Shown: piece after piece, positions 1-9,479 of the stretch | Layout: every line of letters starts with the position of its first letter | How positions within the stretch are numbered: position 1 is the stretch's first letter | DNA from: Elusimicrobiota bacterium | Lineage (GTDB): Bacteria; Elusimicrobiota; Elusimicrobia; FEN-1173 | Reading direction: 5' to 3' | Length of the DNA stretch: 64,000 bases | Assembly (NCBI GenBank): GCA_016788905.1 | Contig: JAEURZ010000002.1 | Span: 95,383 to 159,382, forward strand | Notes under the pieces: model-generated | The model's input: the letters and a program-made list of their open reading frames with translations, nothing else | What the model was told of the DNA's origin: nothing | Database searches by the model: none | Made by a program: the position numbers and the translations under genes

Positions 1-2
1 TC

Positions 3-1028
3 CCTCCCACCCAACTGGATCGAGAAGAGTTTCAGCTCCACCATCCACGGAGAGGGCAAGTCCGTTGCCGAGTGGCGGTCCGACGCGCACGCTACGATGG
101 GGACGTGCACCGGGATTTGATGGCGAAGAAAAACAGAGCCCTGGCCGAGGCCCAGCGGGCCCATTCTGCCCTGGAAGAAGGCCGATTGGCTGAAGCCCTA
201 CACGCGTTCGCCCTTCTTCAATCGCGCGCCGAAACCGATTTCCCGGGACTCCCTCTGGAAGGAGTCGTTGATCAAAATGGAAAAATTGTTGATGTGCTGG
301 CCTGGGCCCGAGACCATCGAGACAAGATCCTGGGATCCCTCCGGTTAGAATGTTCATCCGACCCTTTTATTTATGACCGAAACGGGCGGTATGCCGGCCC
401 CGTCACCGCCCAATTGATCTGGACCGGAACCGGTCCCGTCCATTTGGAGGGGATTCCTCTTCGCTCCCGCTGGAAGCATCGCCCTCAACAGGCACTCCTA
501 GCGGTGGAATCGGATGAAAACGGGGTTGGTCGCTTTCACCCAGTCGTTGATTTATTTGTGGCCCACTCCACCTTGGAAATTGAGGTTGAAGGCCATGACG
601 GCCCCCCTTCCCCTGCCTGTCAAAGTCTTTTCCATCAGCGGCGGGAAGTCATCTTGAACGTCCAATCCAATCGAAACGAAGTCCAAAGCGCCTTCACCGA
701 TTTCGTGGAAGACCAGCTCAGGCGGTTGCCCTGGGACGTTCGGACGGAATCCAGCGGAGGTTCCCCTCCCCCGGGAGAGGAATCGTTGATCGCGATCGAA
801 ATCCAGACCACCCTTACCCGTCACCCCGACGGTGAAATCCACCGGTCTGTTTTAAACAGTCGTGTTCAAATTTTTTCGGGACCGAAAGGAAAATGGGTTT
901 TTCGTGGAGAGGGGCCTTCCGCTGAAGGGTATGGGGCAACCCCCACGGACGCTGTCAAGAAAGCGTTGCATGCCCTTATGGGCAATTGGTCGGACTGGAT
1001 GGACAACCAGGTCAAAGGACTCCCTTGA
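3..1028 (+). CDS. hypothetical protein, 5' partial (frame open to window start; ORF caller began at GTG 72)
   Basis: No in-frame stop from nt 3 to 1028; GC3-rich codons; no recognisable motifs. Confidence 0.4.
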   Translation, partial: PPTQLDREEFQLHHPRRGQVRCRVAVRRARYDGDVHRDLMAKKNRALAEAQRAHSALEEGRLAEALHAFALLQSRAETDFPGLPLEGVVDQNGKIVDVLAWARDHRDKILGSLRLECSSDPFIYDRNGRYAGPVTAQLIWTGTGPVHLEGIPLRSRWKHRPQQALLAVESDENGVGRFHPVVDLFVAHSTLEIEVEGHDGPPSPACQSLFHQRREVILNVQSNRNEVQSAFTDFVEDQLRRLPWDVRTESSGGSPPPGEESLIAIEIQTTLTRHPDGEIHRSVLNSRVQIFSGPKGKWVFRGEGPSAEGYGATPTDAVKKALHALMGNWSDWMDNQVKGLP

Positions 1029-1518
1029 CCTTAATACCGCATGGCCCCCACTTGAAGATCCCCGCGGAGGGCGAAAGCGTGCTCTTCCGCGGGGATGATG
1101 GAAACCCGCCTCACCGGGGGAGTGTGACCCCCGGTGAGCATAGTTAGATGCCCCTCGTTAAGTTGGGCCAGTTGTGCCGAAAGGGAGGCGACCCGTTGCC
1201 TCAATTCTTTACAATGGAGCGCGCGCATCCGTTCCCGGGAACAGGAAGGGCCCCGCAACCACGCCCTGGCAGCACTTTCCTCCGCAGCTCGGCGGGCCGA
1301 ATCCAGCGCCGCCAGGGGTCGGGCCAAATCCACCGAACGAAACCCACCGCTTGTCCCCCGCTCCACCGCTTCCTCGGCCGCTCGGGCCACGGCGCGCTTC
1401 AAAAATTTTATCTCATTGACCAAACACTGTTCCAACGCGGCAAATGGCTCGATCATCTTATCCCCCTTCCTGCTCAATCTCATTATCGGCATCCCGTGAA
1501 TTCCCTTAACCCGCATCT

Positions 1519-1534
1519 TGGCACAGAGATTGCA
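1519..1534 (+). promoter_or_regulatory. sigma-54 promoter TGGCAC-agaga-TTGCA upstream of flgF operon
   Basis: Exact -24/-12 consensus TGGCAC N5 TTGCA; GGAGGA RBS at 1548-1553; ATG at 1557. Confidence 0.8.
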
Positions 1535-1556
1535 TTGAAGTAAGGTGGAGGATCCC

Positions 1557-2261
1557 ATGCTAAGAGGAATTTACGCCAACGCCCAAGCAATGTCCGCCCT
1601 GATGGCCAAACAGGACGTTCAATCCAACAATTTGGCGAATGTCAATTCCACCGGGTTTAAGAAAGACCGGGTGAATTTCGAAGAATTTCAAGAGGTTTTG
1701 CGGGGCCAACAGGTGTCTTCACCCATTGCACGGACATCGTATGACCCCGGACCCGGAACCCTGATTCGCACCGACAACGCGCTTGACTTCGCGCTTCAGG
1801 GGGACGGATTTTTCTCCATGGAGACCACGGACGGGGTCCGTTACAGCCGTAACGGGTCTTTCCAATGGGACCAAAAGGGTCGTCTCACGGACAGCACCGG
1901 CCGAGTGGTTTTGGGCACGGGCGGACCTATTCAAAAAAGGGCCGAGGGTGGGGCCCTGACTGTTGACATAAGCGGAAAGATGACCATGGGCGGGGAACCC
2001 ATCGGCCAACTCCGTGTGGCGACCTTTTCAAAAGAATCGGTACTGCGAAAAACGGGTGGAGGTCTCATGGAACTCACCCGGGGCGAGGCGAAGGCCGGAG
2101 ACGGCCGCGTTTCCCAAGGATTTTTGGAAGCGTCATCGGTCAACTCGGTTCAGGAAATGGCTGAGATGATTAACACCCTCCGGCTTTTCGAGGCGAACCA
2201 GCGGTCCCTTCGTGCCCAAGACGAAGCCCTGGGACGTGCCATCCAAGAGCTGGGACGGTAA
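1557..2261 (+). CDS. flgF: flagellar basal-body rod protein FlgF
   Basis: N-term MLRGIYANAQAM..SNNLANVNSTGFK rod-protein signature; ATG 1557 preferred over GTG 1545 because of RBS. Confidence 0.85.
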   Translation: MLRGIYANAQAMSALMAKQDVQSNNLANVNSTGFKKDRVNFEEFQEVLRGQQVSSPIARTSYDPGPGTLIRTDNALDFALQGDGFFSMETTDGVRYSRNGSFQWDQKGRLTDSTGRVVLGTGGPIQKRAEGGALTVDISGKMTMGGEPIGQLRVATFSKESVLRKTGGGLMELTRGEAKAGDGRVSQGFLEASSVNSVQEMAEMINTLRLFEANQRSLRAQDEALGRAIQELGR

Positions 2262-2276
2262 TCGGGAGGAACACCC

Positions 2277-3053
2277 ATGATACGAGCCCTCTGGACCGCC
2301 GCGTCAGGAATGTCGGCCCAACAATTGAACGTGGACACGATTTCCAACAACCTGGCGAACGTCAACACCACCGGTTTTAAACGTCAACGAGTGGACTACC
2401 AGGACCTTTTTTATCAAACCCTGCGGGAACCCGGAACCGAAGAGGGATCACCCAACGGATTGGAGGTGGGAACGGGAACCTACCCCGTTTCCACTCAAAA
2501 AATATTTACCGGCGGGGCCCTCCAGGTCACGGAAACCCCCCTGGATATGGCGATTGAAGGGGACGGGTTTTTCCAAGTGGCCTTGACGGACGGGAGCATC
2601 GGGTATACTCGGTCCGGCACCTTTCGACTGGACAGTGACGGACGAATTGTCACCGCGGACGGGTATGCCCTGCAACCGGAGATAACGGTCCCTTCAGGCA
2701 CCCAAGAAATCGTTGTCAATCCCTCCGGGACAGTGTCGGTTCGAGGATCAGGCGGCGGAGCCCCCACCGAAATTGGCACCATTGAGCTGGCCTCCTTTTC
2801 CAACCCCGCCGGGTTACGAAGCCTGGGCCACAGTCTTTACGCGGAGAGTCCCGCCGCGGGATCTCCGGTCACGGGTCAAGGGGGTCTCGATGGAATGGGT
2901 CAAGTTCGACAGGGCATGCTGGAACAATCCAACGTCAGCGTAGTGGACGAAATGGTTGGCATGATCACCGCCCAACGAGCCTACGAACTGAGCGCCAAAG
3001 CCATCCAAACGGCGGATGATATGATTCGGATTTCCAACAACCTCCGCGGATGA
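2277..3053 (+). CDS. flgG: flagellar distal rod protein FlgG
   Basis: MIRALWTAASGMSAQQLNVDTISNNLANVNTTGFK and C-term SNVSVVDEMVGMITAQRAYE; RBS GGGAGGAA. Confidence 0.9.
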   Translation: MIRALWTAASGMSAQQLNVDTISNNLANVNTTGFKRQRVDYQDLFYQTLREPGTEEGSPNGLEVGTGTYPVSTQKIFTGGALQVTETPLDMAIEGDGFFQVALTDGSIGYTRSGTFRLDSDGRIVTADGYALQPEITVPSGTQEIVVNPSGTVSVRGSGGGAPTEIGTIELASFSNPAGLRSLGHSLYAESPAAGSPVTGQGGLDGMGQVRQGMLEQSNVSVVDEMVGMITAQRAYELSAKAIQTADDMIRISNNLRG

Positions 3054-3376
3054 AACGATCTTTCTGGAACGCGTTGATCGTCCCCTGTGGGTTTCTGGCG
3101 GCCTTCCCGTTGAACGCCTGGGAAACCACCGCTTACTCGAAAAAAGATGTTCCCGCCTCTCACGATCAAGAAGACCTGGCTGTCCGGAGAGGGCAACAGA
3201 TCTTGCTCGTGGCCCTCGCCGATGGGATCCGGCTTTCCGCCCCGGGGCGCGCCCTAAAAAACGGTCAAACCGGAGACATCATCCCGGTCCTCAACACCGC
3301 CACGCGAAAACCGTTGAAAGGAATTGTCCGGGACGGGTGGGTGGAAATTCAAGCTTTTGGGGAATCGAATCCATGA
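3050..3376 (+). CDS. flgA: short FlgA-like P-ring assembly protein (signal peptide + SAF-like C-terminal domain)
   Basis: Position flgG-flgA-flgH; signal peptide; G.GD.I.V.N..T.K..KG.V motif; ATGA overlap with flgH. Confidence 0.55.
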   Translation: MKRSFWNALIVPCGFLAAFPLNAWETTAYSKKDVPASHDQEDLAVRRGQQILLVALADGIRLSAPGRALKNGQTGDIIPVLNTATRKPLKGIVRDGWVEIQAFGESNP

Positions 3377-3957
3377 GATTTTTTTGGGGGGGTGTCCTCT
3401 TGCTCAGCACCATGGCGTGCACAAAAACGGTCGTTGTTCAGGCCCCCCCCCCGGCGGAACCGCCCCTCATGATGCTCTTTTCCGACCCCCGCGCATCCCG
3501 CGTGGGGGACCTCGTAACGGTACAAATTGTGGAGAATTCGAAAGGGTCGCGGCGTGTGAGTTCCATGGCCGAAAAAGAAACTGATCTTTCGGCCGATGTC
3601 AAAACATCCAACACCGGGCGGGCGTCCAAAAATAGTTTAGGATTGAAGGTGACCAACGACACGAAAGCGGAAACCGGTTTAGAGCGCCGGGGAAGTTTGG
3701 TGGCCGCGGTCACGGCGCGGGTAACGGAAGTCATGCCGGACGGAAATTTACGCATCGAAGCGGAACAGGAAATCCTCCTGGAAGGGGGGCTGCAAACCAT
3801 CCGATTGAAAGGGATTTTACGCCCGGCGGACATTGGGCCTGGGAACACGGTCCTTTCCACCCGGTTGGCGTCCGCCCGAATTGAATACAAGTCCAGGAAA
3901 GAACCGGGCCTTCATCGGCAAGGTCTTCTCTCCTGGATTTTTGGATGGGTGTTTTGA
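3373..3957 (+). CDS. flgH: flagellar L-ring lipoprotein FlgH
   Basis: MRFFWGGVLLLSTMAC signal/lipobox; L-ring family body; start 3373 (ORF track 3337). Confidence 0.85.
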   Translation: MRFFWGGVLLLSTMACTKTVVVQAPPPAEPPLMMLFSDPRASRVGDLVTVQIVENSKGSRRVSSMAEKETDLSADVKTSNTGRASKNSLGLKVTNDTKAETGLERRGSLVAAVTARVTEVMPDGNLRIEAEQEILLEGGLQTIRLKGILRPADIGPGNTVLSTRLASARIEYKSRKEPGLHRQGLLSWIFGWVF

Positions 3958-4985
3958 ACCGCCTCTCAGAGAAAACACGTCGGTGGGGAACCCTCGCCGT
4001 TTTTCTGTTGCATTCCGTGAGCGGAGTGGGAACCGCCTGGGCCGATATGAGGGTCAAGGATTTGGCTCGGGTGGGGGGCTGGCGGGAAATGGAGTTGGTG
4101 GGCTACGGTCTGGTGACCGGCCTTCGCGGATCCGGTGACAAAGCGGGGTCGAATCCCTCCGCCCAATCCATGGCCAATTTATTAAACCGCTTGGGTTTAT
4201 CCCTTTCCCCCCAGGAAATTGCCTCAAACAACGTGGCGGCGGTCATCGTCACCGCCCGAGCTTCCGCTTTTTCTCGACCTGGATCCAGTTTAGACGCCCG
4301 GGTTTCTTCCGTTGGAAACGCCACCAGCCTGGAGAATGGGACCCTCCTTCTGACCCCCCTCCGAGGAGCCAACGGCGAAATCTACGCCACCGCGCAGGGA
4401 GCCCTGGCCTCCGATCCTGAATCGGGGGGAAGGAAAGGGAAATCCAACGCCGTCCAAAACACCACCGTGGTGGTCCCCGGAGGTGTCCTAATGGAAAAAG
4501 TATTGCCTGTCCCCAACGGAATGAACGAAGGAAAATTGAGCGTGGCACTGCACACCCCCGATTATGTCACCGCCGAACGAACCGCCCAAGCCCTTCGGGA
4601 AGCCTTTAAAATCTCCTGCCGGGCCCTGGACGCCGCGCTGATCGAGATTGACATTCCCCCTGATTTCAAAAACGACCCTGTGGGGTTTGCCGCCCGAGCC
4701 GAAATGGTTCGCGTGGGGGCCGACGAACGGCCCCGGGTGGTGGTGAACGAACAGACCGGGACCGTGGTGTCCGGTCGGGAAGTGAAACTTTCCGCCGTCA
4801 CCATCTCCCACGCTGGTTTGAAAATCGAGGTGGGCCGTGCTTCCTCCGCGGGAGGAACAGAAGGGGACGTGCCCACCCTGGTGGGGCTCTTGAACCGCGT
4901 GGGGGCTCGACCCAAAGACATTGTCACTATTTTCAAAATGATCAAACGGCTCGGCGCCCTGAAAGCCGATTTGGTGCTCATGTGA
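3945..4985 (+). CDS. flgI: flagellar P-ring protein FlgI
   Basis: Signal peptide, LVTGLRGSGDK, NTTVVVPGGV motifs typical of FlgI. Confidence 0.9.
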   Translation: MGVLNRLSEKTRRWGTLAVFLLHSVSGVGTAWADMRVKDLARVGGWREMELVGYGLVTGLRGSGDKAGSNPSAQSMANLLNRLGLSLSPQEIASNNVAAVIVTARASAFSRPGSSLDARVSSVGNATSLENGTLLLTPLRGANGEIYATAQGALASDPESGGRKGKSNAVQNTTVVVPGGVLMEKVLPVPNGMNEGKLSVALHTPDYVTAERTAQALREAFKISCRALDAALIEIDIPPDFKNDPVGFAARAEMVRVGADERPRVVVNEQTGTVVSGREVKLSAVTISHAGLKIEVGRASSAGGTEGDVPTLVGLLNRVGARPKDIVTIFKMIKRLGALKADLVLM

Positions 4986-5317
4986 ACACGTCCATTCTCT
5001 CGACTTTTCAGAATTCCCCCCCTCCTGGGGCGGGGGTTAAAAAAGACTCCCTCCGGGATGCCTGCCGGGATTTCGAGGCCCTTTTTTTGCATACTCTTCT
5101 CCGGGAAGGACGCGGGAACTCCTCCGTTGCCATCTCGGGTGACAAAAGTCACGCGTTGGCCATGGTCCAAGACTTCCAGGACGAGGCCATCGGTCGTGAA
5201 ATGTCCCGGGCTGGAGGCGTAGGATTGGGCCAAATGCTTTACCGGGAACTGGCCAAAACCGCTCAAGATTCCTCCCCAAGTGCCGATAACTTAAGCGAGA
5301 GGAGGGTCTCCCCATGA
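4982..5317 (+). CDS. flgJ: rod-binding protein (FlgJ N-terminal domain only, no muramidase)
   Basis: LRDACRDFEALFLHTLLRE..GLGQMLYREL matches Rod-binding domain; GTG start overlapping flgI stop. Confidence 0.7.
   Translation: MNTSILSTFQNSPPPGAGVKKDSLRDACRDFEALFLHTLLREGRGNSSVAISGDKSHALAMVQDFQDEAIGREMSRAGGVGLGQMLYRELAKTAQDSSPSADNLSERRVSP
5263..5288 (+). promoter_or_regulatory. sigma-28 (FliA) type promoter TCAA-N15-GCCGATAA upstream of flgM
   Basis: Exact GCCGATAA -10 element 26 nt before flgM ATG; flgM is a classic sigma-28 target; fliA encoded in window. Confidence 0.5.
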
Positions 5318-5637
5318 TAAATCCCATAGGAATCAATGGGTCGAATGAACCTGTTCGACCTGGAGGGCCAGAGGAATCATCGGCGGCCAAAAAAACGGCC
5401 CCCGTGGAAGGAATCCAGAAAATCAAGGAAGTGGAACCCAATAAAGGGGACAAGGTCGAGATTTCCGCCTTAGCTCGGGACGTCCAAAACATCCGGGCGA
5501 ACTTAGGCGCCAAGGAAGCCGACCGCGTCGCCCACGTGGAAGCCCTGCGCAGCAAGATCGCGGAAGGGACCTACGCGGTGGACACCACGTCATTGGCTCA
5601 GAAAATGTTCTTCAACGGGTTCAAGGGGAAGGGATGA
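5314..5637 (+). CDS. flgM: anti-sigma-28 factor FlgM
   Basis: C-terminal VEISALARDV..KIAEGTYAVDTTSLAQKM FlgM domain; size; position before flgN. Confidence 0.75.
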   Translation: MINPIGINGSNEPVRPGGPEESSAAKKTAPVEGIQKIKEVEPNKGDKVEISALARDVQNIRANLGAKEADRVAHVEALRSKIAEGTYAVDTTSLAQKMFFNGFKGKG

Positions 5638-6137
5638 CGCCAAGCGCTTCCCCTGTTTCTTTGCCTCGGTTGGTGGCCTCCCTGGACACGATCGTCACTC
5701 TGTGTGACGATCTTTGTTCCGTTTTGGAACGAGAGCGGGAGGCCCTCACCGAAGGCAAAGACGACGCGCTGGCGCTGGCCCTCGGTGAAAAGCGAGATCG
5801 CCTGCGCCGAATCGCAACAGCGGAATCGGAACATCGAAAAGTTTCTGCGGAAATCTCCAACGAACTGGGGTTGGGTCGGGTGGATTCTTCGCTCGCGGAC
5901 CTGGCCTGTCGAATGGAGGGCACAGCCCGGGACCAATTGGTTCAAGCGAAAGACAACCTTTTTAAAGTCATGAAGGAAATTGGGGCTCTCAATCAGGGCA
6001 ACGCGCGCCTCATTCGGCGGGCCCAGCATTACAACCGACACCTCTTTGGAATTTTAACCGGGCCCGGAGCGGACACCTACGGTCCGGATGGGGCCCGACG
6101 AACAGGCGCCCCACCCGTCATTCAAAAAAGGGCGTGA
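5634..6137 (+). CDS. flgN: FlgN-family flagellar export chaperone
   Basis: Helical 167 aa protein between flgM and flgK (flgMN-flgKL synteny); ATGA overlap with flgM. Confidence 0.55.
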   Translation: MTPSASPVSLPRLVASLDTIVTLCDDLCSVLEREREALTEGKDDALALALGEKRDRLRRIATAESEHRKVSAEISNELGLGRVDSSLADLACRMEGTARDQLVQAKDNLFKVMKEIGALNQGNARLIRRAQHYNRHLFGILTGPGADTYGPDGARRTGAPPVIQKRA

Positions 6138-6140
6138 ACT

Positions 6141-7769
6141 GTGTCTCTCCTCGCTAGTTTTGACCTCAGCACACGGGCCCTCCGGGCTTTTCAAGTCGCG
6201 ATTCAAACCATTTCTCACAACATTTCCAACGTGAACACCCCCGGCTATTCCCGCCAACGGGTGATCTATTCCACGGAAATTTCAGATTTTGACGGACGAT
6301 TTTATACCGGGCGAGGGGTTCAGGTTGAAAATGTGGAACGACTGCGGAGTGAATTTTTGGAGGGACAATTTCGTCGGGAATTTGGGGGAAAGGGAGAAGC
6401 CGATGCCCTGGTGGAATCCTATCAGTTAGCCGAAGATCTCCTTTCCGAACCCGGGGACAGGGGCCTGTATTCCAAGATGACGCGCTTTCGTGACGCCTGG
6501 GCCAGCCTGGCGAACAATCCCGGAGACCCAGGTCTCCGAGCAGTCCTACGGGTGGAAGGCCAGACCCTCATGGAATCCTTTAACAGCACCCGCCAAGGCT
6601 TCAACAATCTCCGCATCCAAACGGACGGGGAAATTCGGAGTCTGGTGCCCAAAATCAACATGGCCGCTGAGGAACTTTTTGCGCTCAACACCAAGATCGA
6701 AACCGCCACCCTTTTGGGCCAAAGACCCAACGACGCCCTCGACCGACGGGACAAATTGCTCACGGATCTCTCCGAATTGGTCCCGCTTCAAATTATTCAC
6801 CGCAACAATGGATCCGTCTCGGTTTACCTGGGGGGAGCCCCTCTGGTGGAGGCCACCGGCCCCGGTTCGCTGACCGTGGTTCAGAAACCCGGGGACCTCC
6901 TGGGTTTGGGGGAAATTCGGTGGGCGACTTTTGACGAACCCCTCGTGGTGGGCAACGGGCGACTGAAAGGTCTTCTGGAGGCGCGCGATTCGATTTACCC
7001 CAGAATGATGAACGAGTTGGACTCATTGGCTACCGCTTTGGTCACCCAGGTGAACGCCATCCACCGGACAGGGGTGGGTTTAGACGGGTCGGTTGCCATC
7101 CAGGGGTCCACCCGATTCAATGGAACACTGACCTCCAACGCCACGGTCTCCCTGAATGGAGTAGACGTTACCTTTACCGCTGGGGACGACATCGCCACCG
7201 TGGCGGGAAAATTCAATCTTTCGGAAGGGGCGACCGGGGTCCGGGCCACGGTTGTGGGGCAACGGTTAACCCTGTCCCCCGCCGCCCTCAACCCCCAAAC
7301 GGTCCAGGTAACGGGAGATCCCAACGGCCTGTTAAAAACGCTGGGAATCGTAAACGATTTTTTTAAAGGAAACCCCGGCGCGTGGGCCCTCTCCGACGCT
7401 GTGGCTGAAAGCACCGACGCCATCGCCACGTCCGTTTCCGGCGCTCCGGGGGACAACACGATCGCTCGGTCCTTGGCGGACTTATGGAATCAACGTTTGA
7501 TGGGAGGGGGGACGCGCTCCTTTGAAGAGTTCCACCAAGGGTTTCTGGCCGATGTCGGAAGTCAATCCGAAGCCGCCAGCCGTACCAGCGAAAGCCAAGG
7601 CTTTATCCTCCAACAGGTGGAGAACCTCCGGGACTCGACATCCGGCGTTTCCACGGAAGAAGAACTCGCCAATTTGATTCGTTTTCAACGATCCTATGAA
7701 ATGGCAGCACGGGCGGTTCGTACCGCGGACGAAATGTTCCTGACTCTCATCAATATGATTCAGCGGTAA
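6141..7769 (+). CDS. flgK: hook-associated protein 1 FlgK
   Basis: N-term ISHNISNVNTPGY and C-term RFQRSYEMAARAVRTADEMFLTLINM; 542 aa. Confidence 0.9.
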   Translation: MSLLASFDLSTRALRAFQVAIQTISHNISNVNTPGYSRQRVIYSTEISDFDGRFYTGRGVQVENVERLRSEFLEGQFRREFGGKGEADALVESYQLAEDLLSEPGDRGLYSKMTRFRDAWASLANNPGDPGLRAVLRVEGQTLMESFNSTRQGFNNLRIQTDGEIRSLVPKINMAAEELFALNTKIETATLLGQRPNDALDRRDKLLTDLSELVPLQIIHRNNGSVSVYLGGAPLVEATGPGSLTVVQKPGDLLGLGEIRWATFDEPLVVGNGRLKGLLEARDSIYPRMMNELDSLATALVTQVNAIHRTGVGLDGSVAIQGSTRFNGTLTSNATVSLNGVDVTFTAGDDIATVAGKFNLSEGATGVRATVVGQRLTLSPAALNPQTVQVTGDPNGLLKTLGIVNDFFKGNPGAWALSDAVAESTDAIATSVSGAPGDNTIARSLADLWNQRLMGGGTRSFEEFHQGFLADVGSQSEAASRTSESQGFILQQVENLRDSTSGVSTEEELANLIRFQRSYEMAARAVRTADEMFLTLINMIQR

Positions 7770-7787
7770 CAGCGAAGGAGGAACCCC

Positions 7788-8663
7788 ATGCGAATCACCG
7801 ATAAAATCATCCAGCGCGGCATGGTTGACGACATCCATCGGCAATTGGACAGCATGAATCGTCTGCAACGACAGATTTCATCAGGCCAAAAAGTCCACAA
7901 CCTATCCGACGATCCCGCTCGGGCCGCGCGTTCCGTAGGGCTGAACGCCGCGCACACCGCTCTTGTTCAACACCGAAAAACCGCGGAAGATGGGGTGACC
8001 TGGATGAGCGCGACACTCGGGTCCTTGGCCACCGCCCGCGAATCCATACAAACGGCACGAGTGATGGCAATTCAGGGAGCCAATGACACGTTGTCCTTGG
8101 AATCTCGGCAGGTGCTGGCGTTGAGTGTGCAAGGGATTGCCTCTCAGCTGTTGGAAACGGCCAACACCAAATGGAACGGAGCGTCCCTCTTCGCTGGCAA
8201 CAAGACCACGACGCCGGCGTTCACGAGCGCCGCGGTCTACCAGGGCGACACGGGGACAATGGTTCGGGACATTTCCCCGGGGGAAACTTCGGTGGTGAAC
8301 CTCACCGGAAAACAGGTTTTTGTGGATGGCGAAAACGCCTTCCAGGTTCTGACCGACCTCCAAACCGCCCTCACGAACAATGACTCGAACGCCATCAACG
8401 CTTTGCTCCCTCGGTTGGACAACGCCCTAAATCAAATGCTTAAACTGGAAGCCACGTTGGGCGCGGAAGTCCAACGTGTGGAAACAACGACCCGACGACT
8501 GGACGACCTAGAGGTCAATCTTATGAAACGTATTTCCAACAACGACGACACCGATATGCCGCAGGCCCTGGTGGATCTCCAAAACGCCAACACCCTTTAT
8601 GAGGCGGCGCTGAAAGCCTCGGCGTCTCTTTTCAAATCAAGTCTTTTGGATTACCTCCGATGA
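7788..8663 (+). CDS. flgL: hook-associated protein 3 FlgL
   Basis: MRITDKI start, flagellin-like N/C helices; AGGAGG RBS. Confidence 0.85.
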   Translation: MRITDKIIQRGMVDDIHRQLDSMNRLQRQISSGQKVHNLSDDPARAARSVGLNAAHTALVQHRKTAEDGVTWMSATLGSLATARESIQTARVMAIQGANDTLSLESRQVLALSVQGIASQLLETANTKWNGASLFAGNKTTTPAFTSAAVYQGDTGTMVRDISPGETSVVNLTGKQVFVDGENAFQVLTDLQTALTNNDSNAINALLPRLDNALNQMLKLEATLGAEVQRVETTTRRLDDLEVNLMKRISNNDDTDMPQALVDLQNANTLYEAALKASASLFKSSLLDYLR

Positions 8664-9115
8664 CACCCTCTCCCCATACGCCAACCGCGACGGAGAGAAC
8701 GGTTCAGACCACCCGGTTCGGAACGCTCACGATCGATGAAGAACTTGCGCTTTCTTTCCCAGAGGGTTTGGTGGGGTTTCCCGGACCTCATTTGTTCGCG
8801 CTGGTACCCCACAGCAAAGAAAGTCCCTTTCTCTGGCTGCAAGACCTTGAGGACGGGTCCTTGGCCTTTCCCGTAACGGCGTTGGATTTACCCGACACCG
8901 CCGCCCCCACACTTCTCACAACAGAGGAACGCACCCAACTCGGATTGGAACCAGGGGAAAACCCTCGCCTCTTGGGCGTGGTCTCCGTTTCCAAAGGGGA
9001 AATCCATTTGAACCGTCTCGGTCCGATCGCGGTCAACATCCAGAAACGGATCGGGCGGCAACTGGTCTTGGACCTTCCCCTCCCGCCCTCCGAATTCCTC
9101 TCCCCGGGTGGCTGA
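8660..9115 (+). CDS. fliW: flagellar assembly factor FliW
   Basis: FGTLTIDEELALSFPEGLVGFPG..FALVP FliW signature; ATGA overlap with flgL. Confidence 0.85.
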   Translation: MTPSPHTPTATERTVQTTRFGTLTIDEELALSFPEGLVGFPGPHLFALVPHSKESPFLWLQDLEDGSLAFPVTALDLPDTAAPTLLTTEERTQLGLEPGENPRLLGVVSVSKGEIHLNRLGPIAVNIQKRIGRQLVLDLPLPPSEFLSPGG

Positions 9116-9120
9116 TCCCC

Positions 9121-9366
9121 ATGCTTTTACTCACGCGACGATTGGAGGAAAGTGTCCTTATTGGCGGCACCATAGTCGTCAAAGTTCTTTCCATCGCACG
9201 CGGCCAGGTGACCTTGGGGATATCCGCCCCCACCACCGTGCCTGTGCATCGGCAGGAAGTTCACGACGCGATTAAAGCCCTCAACCGTCATGCCGCCAAC
9301 GCGTTCCCTTCCGATTTGGATAAAGCGACTCACGCGATTCCCACCACCGTTCCCCCCAAAAAATAG
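9121..9366 (+). CDS. csrA: carbon storage regulator CsrA (FliW partner)
   Basis: MLLLTRRLEESVLIGGTIVVKVLSI..VTLGISAP CsrA fold signature. Confidence 0.9.
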   Translation: MLLLTRRLEESVLIGGTIVVKVLSIARGQVTLGISAPTTVPVHRQEVHDAIKALNRHAANAFPSDLDKATHAIPTTVPPKK

Positions 9367-9434
9367 GGATCCCTTTCTTAGACACATTGCGACCAACCCC
9401 CTAAAATGGTTTATTCTCAACGGGGAGGAACACG

Positions 9435-9479
9435 ATGGATGGGATTCCCATGAACCTTCTCCCCACAACCCATGACTGA
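9435..9479 (+). other. 14-codon upstream ORF (MDGIPMNLLPTTHD) with strong RBS, stop overlapping the kinase start (ATGACTGA)
   Basis: GGGGAGGAA 4 nt before ATG 9435; GGA motifs resembling CsrA sites; coding status unproven. Confidence 0.25.

Noticed and set aside
1031-1558. 175-aa minus-strand ORF (coiled-coil-like) convergent with the first gene
   Set aside because: Its 5' third is encoded by the flgF sigma-54 promoter/RBS region and competing + strand ORFs overlap it. It could be a real divergent small gene starting near 1453, but there is no RBS or motif support.
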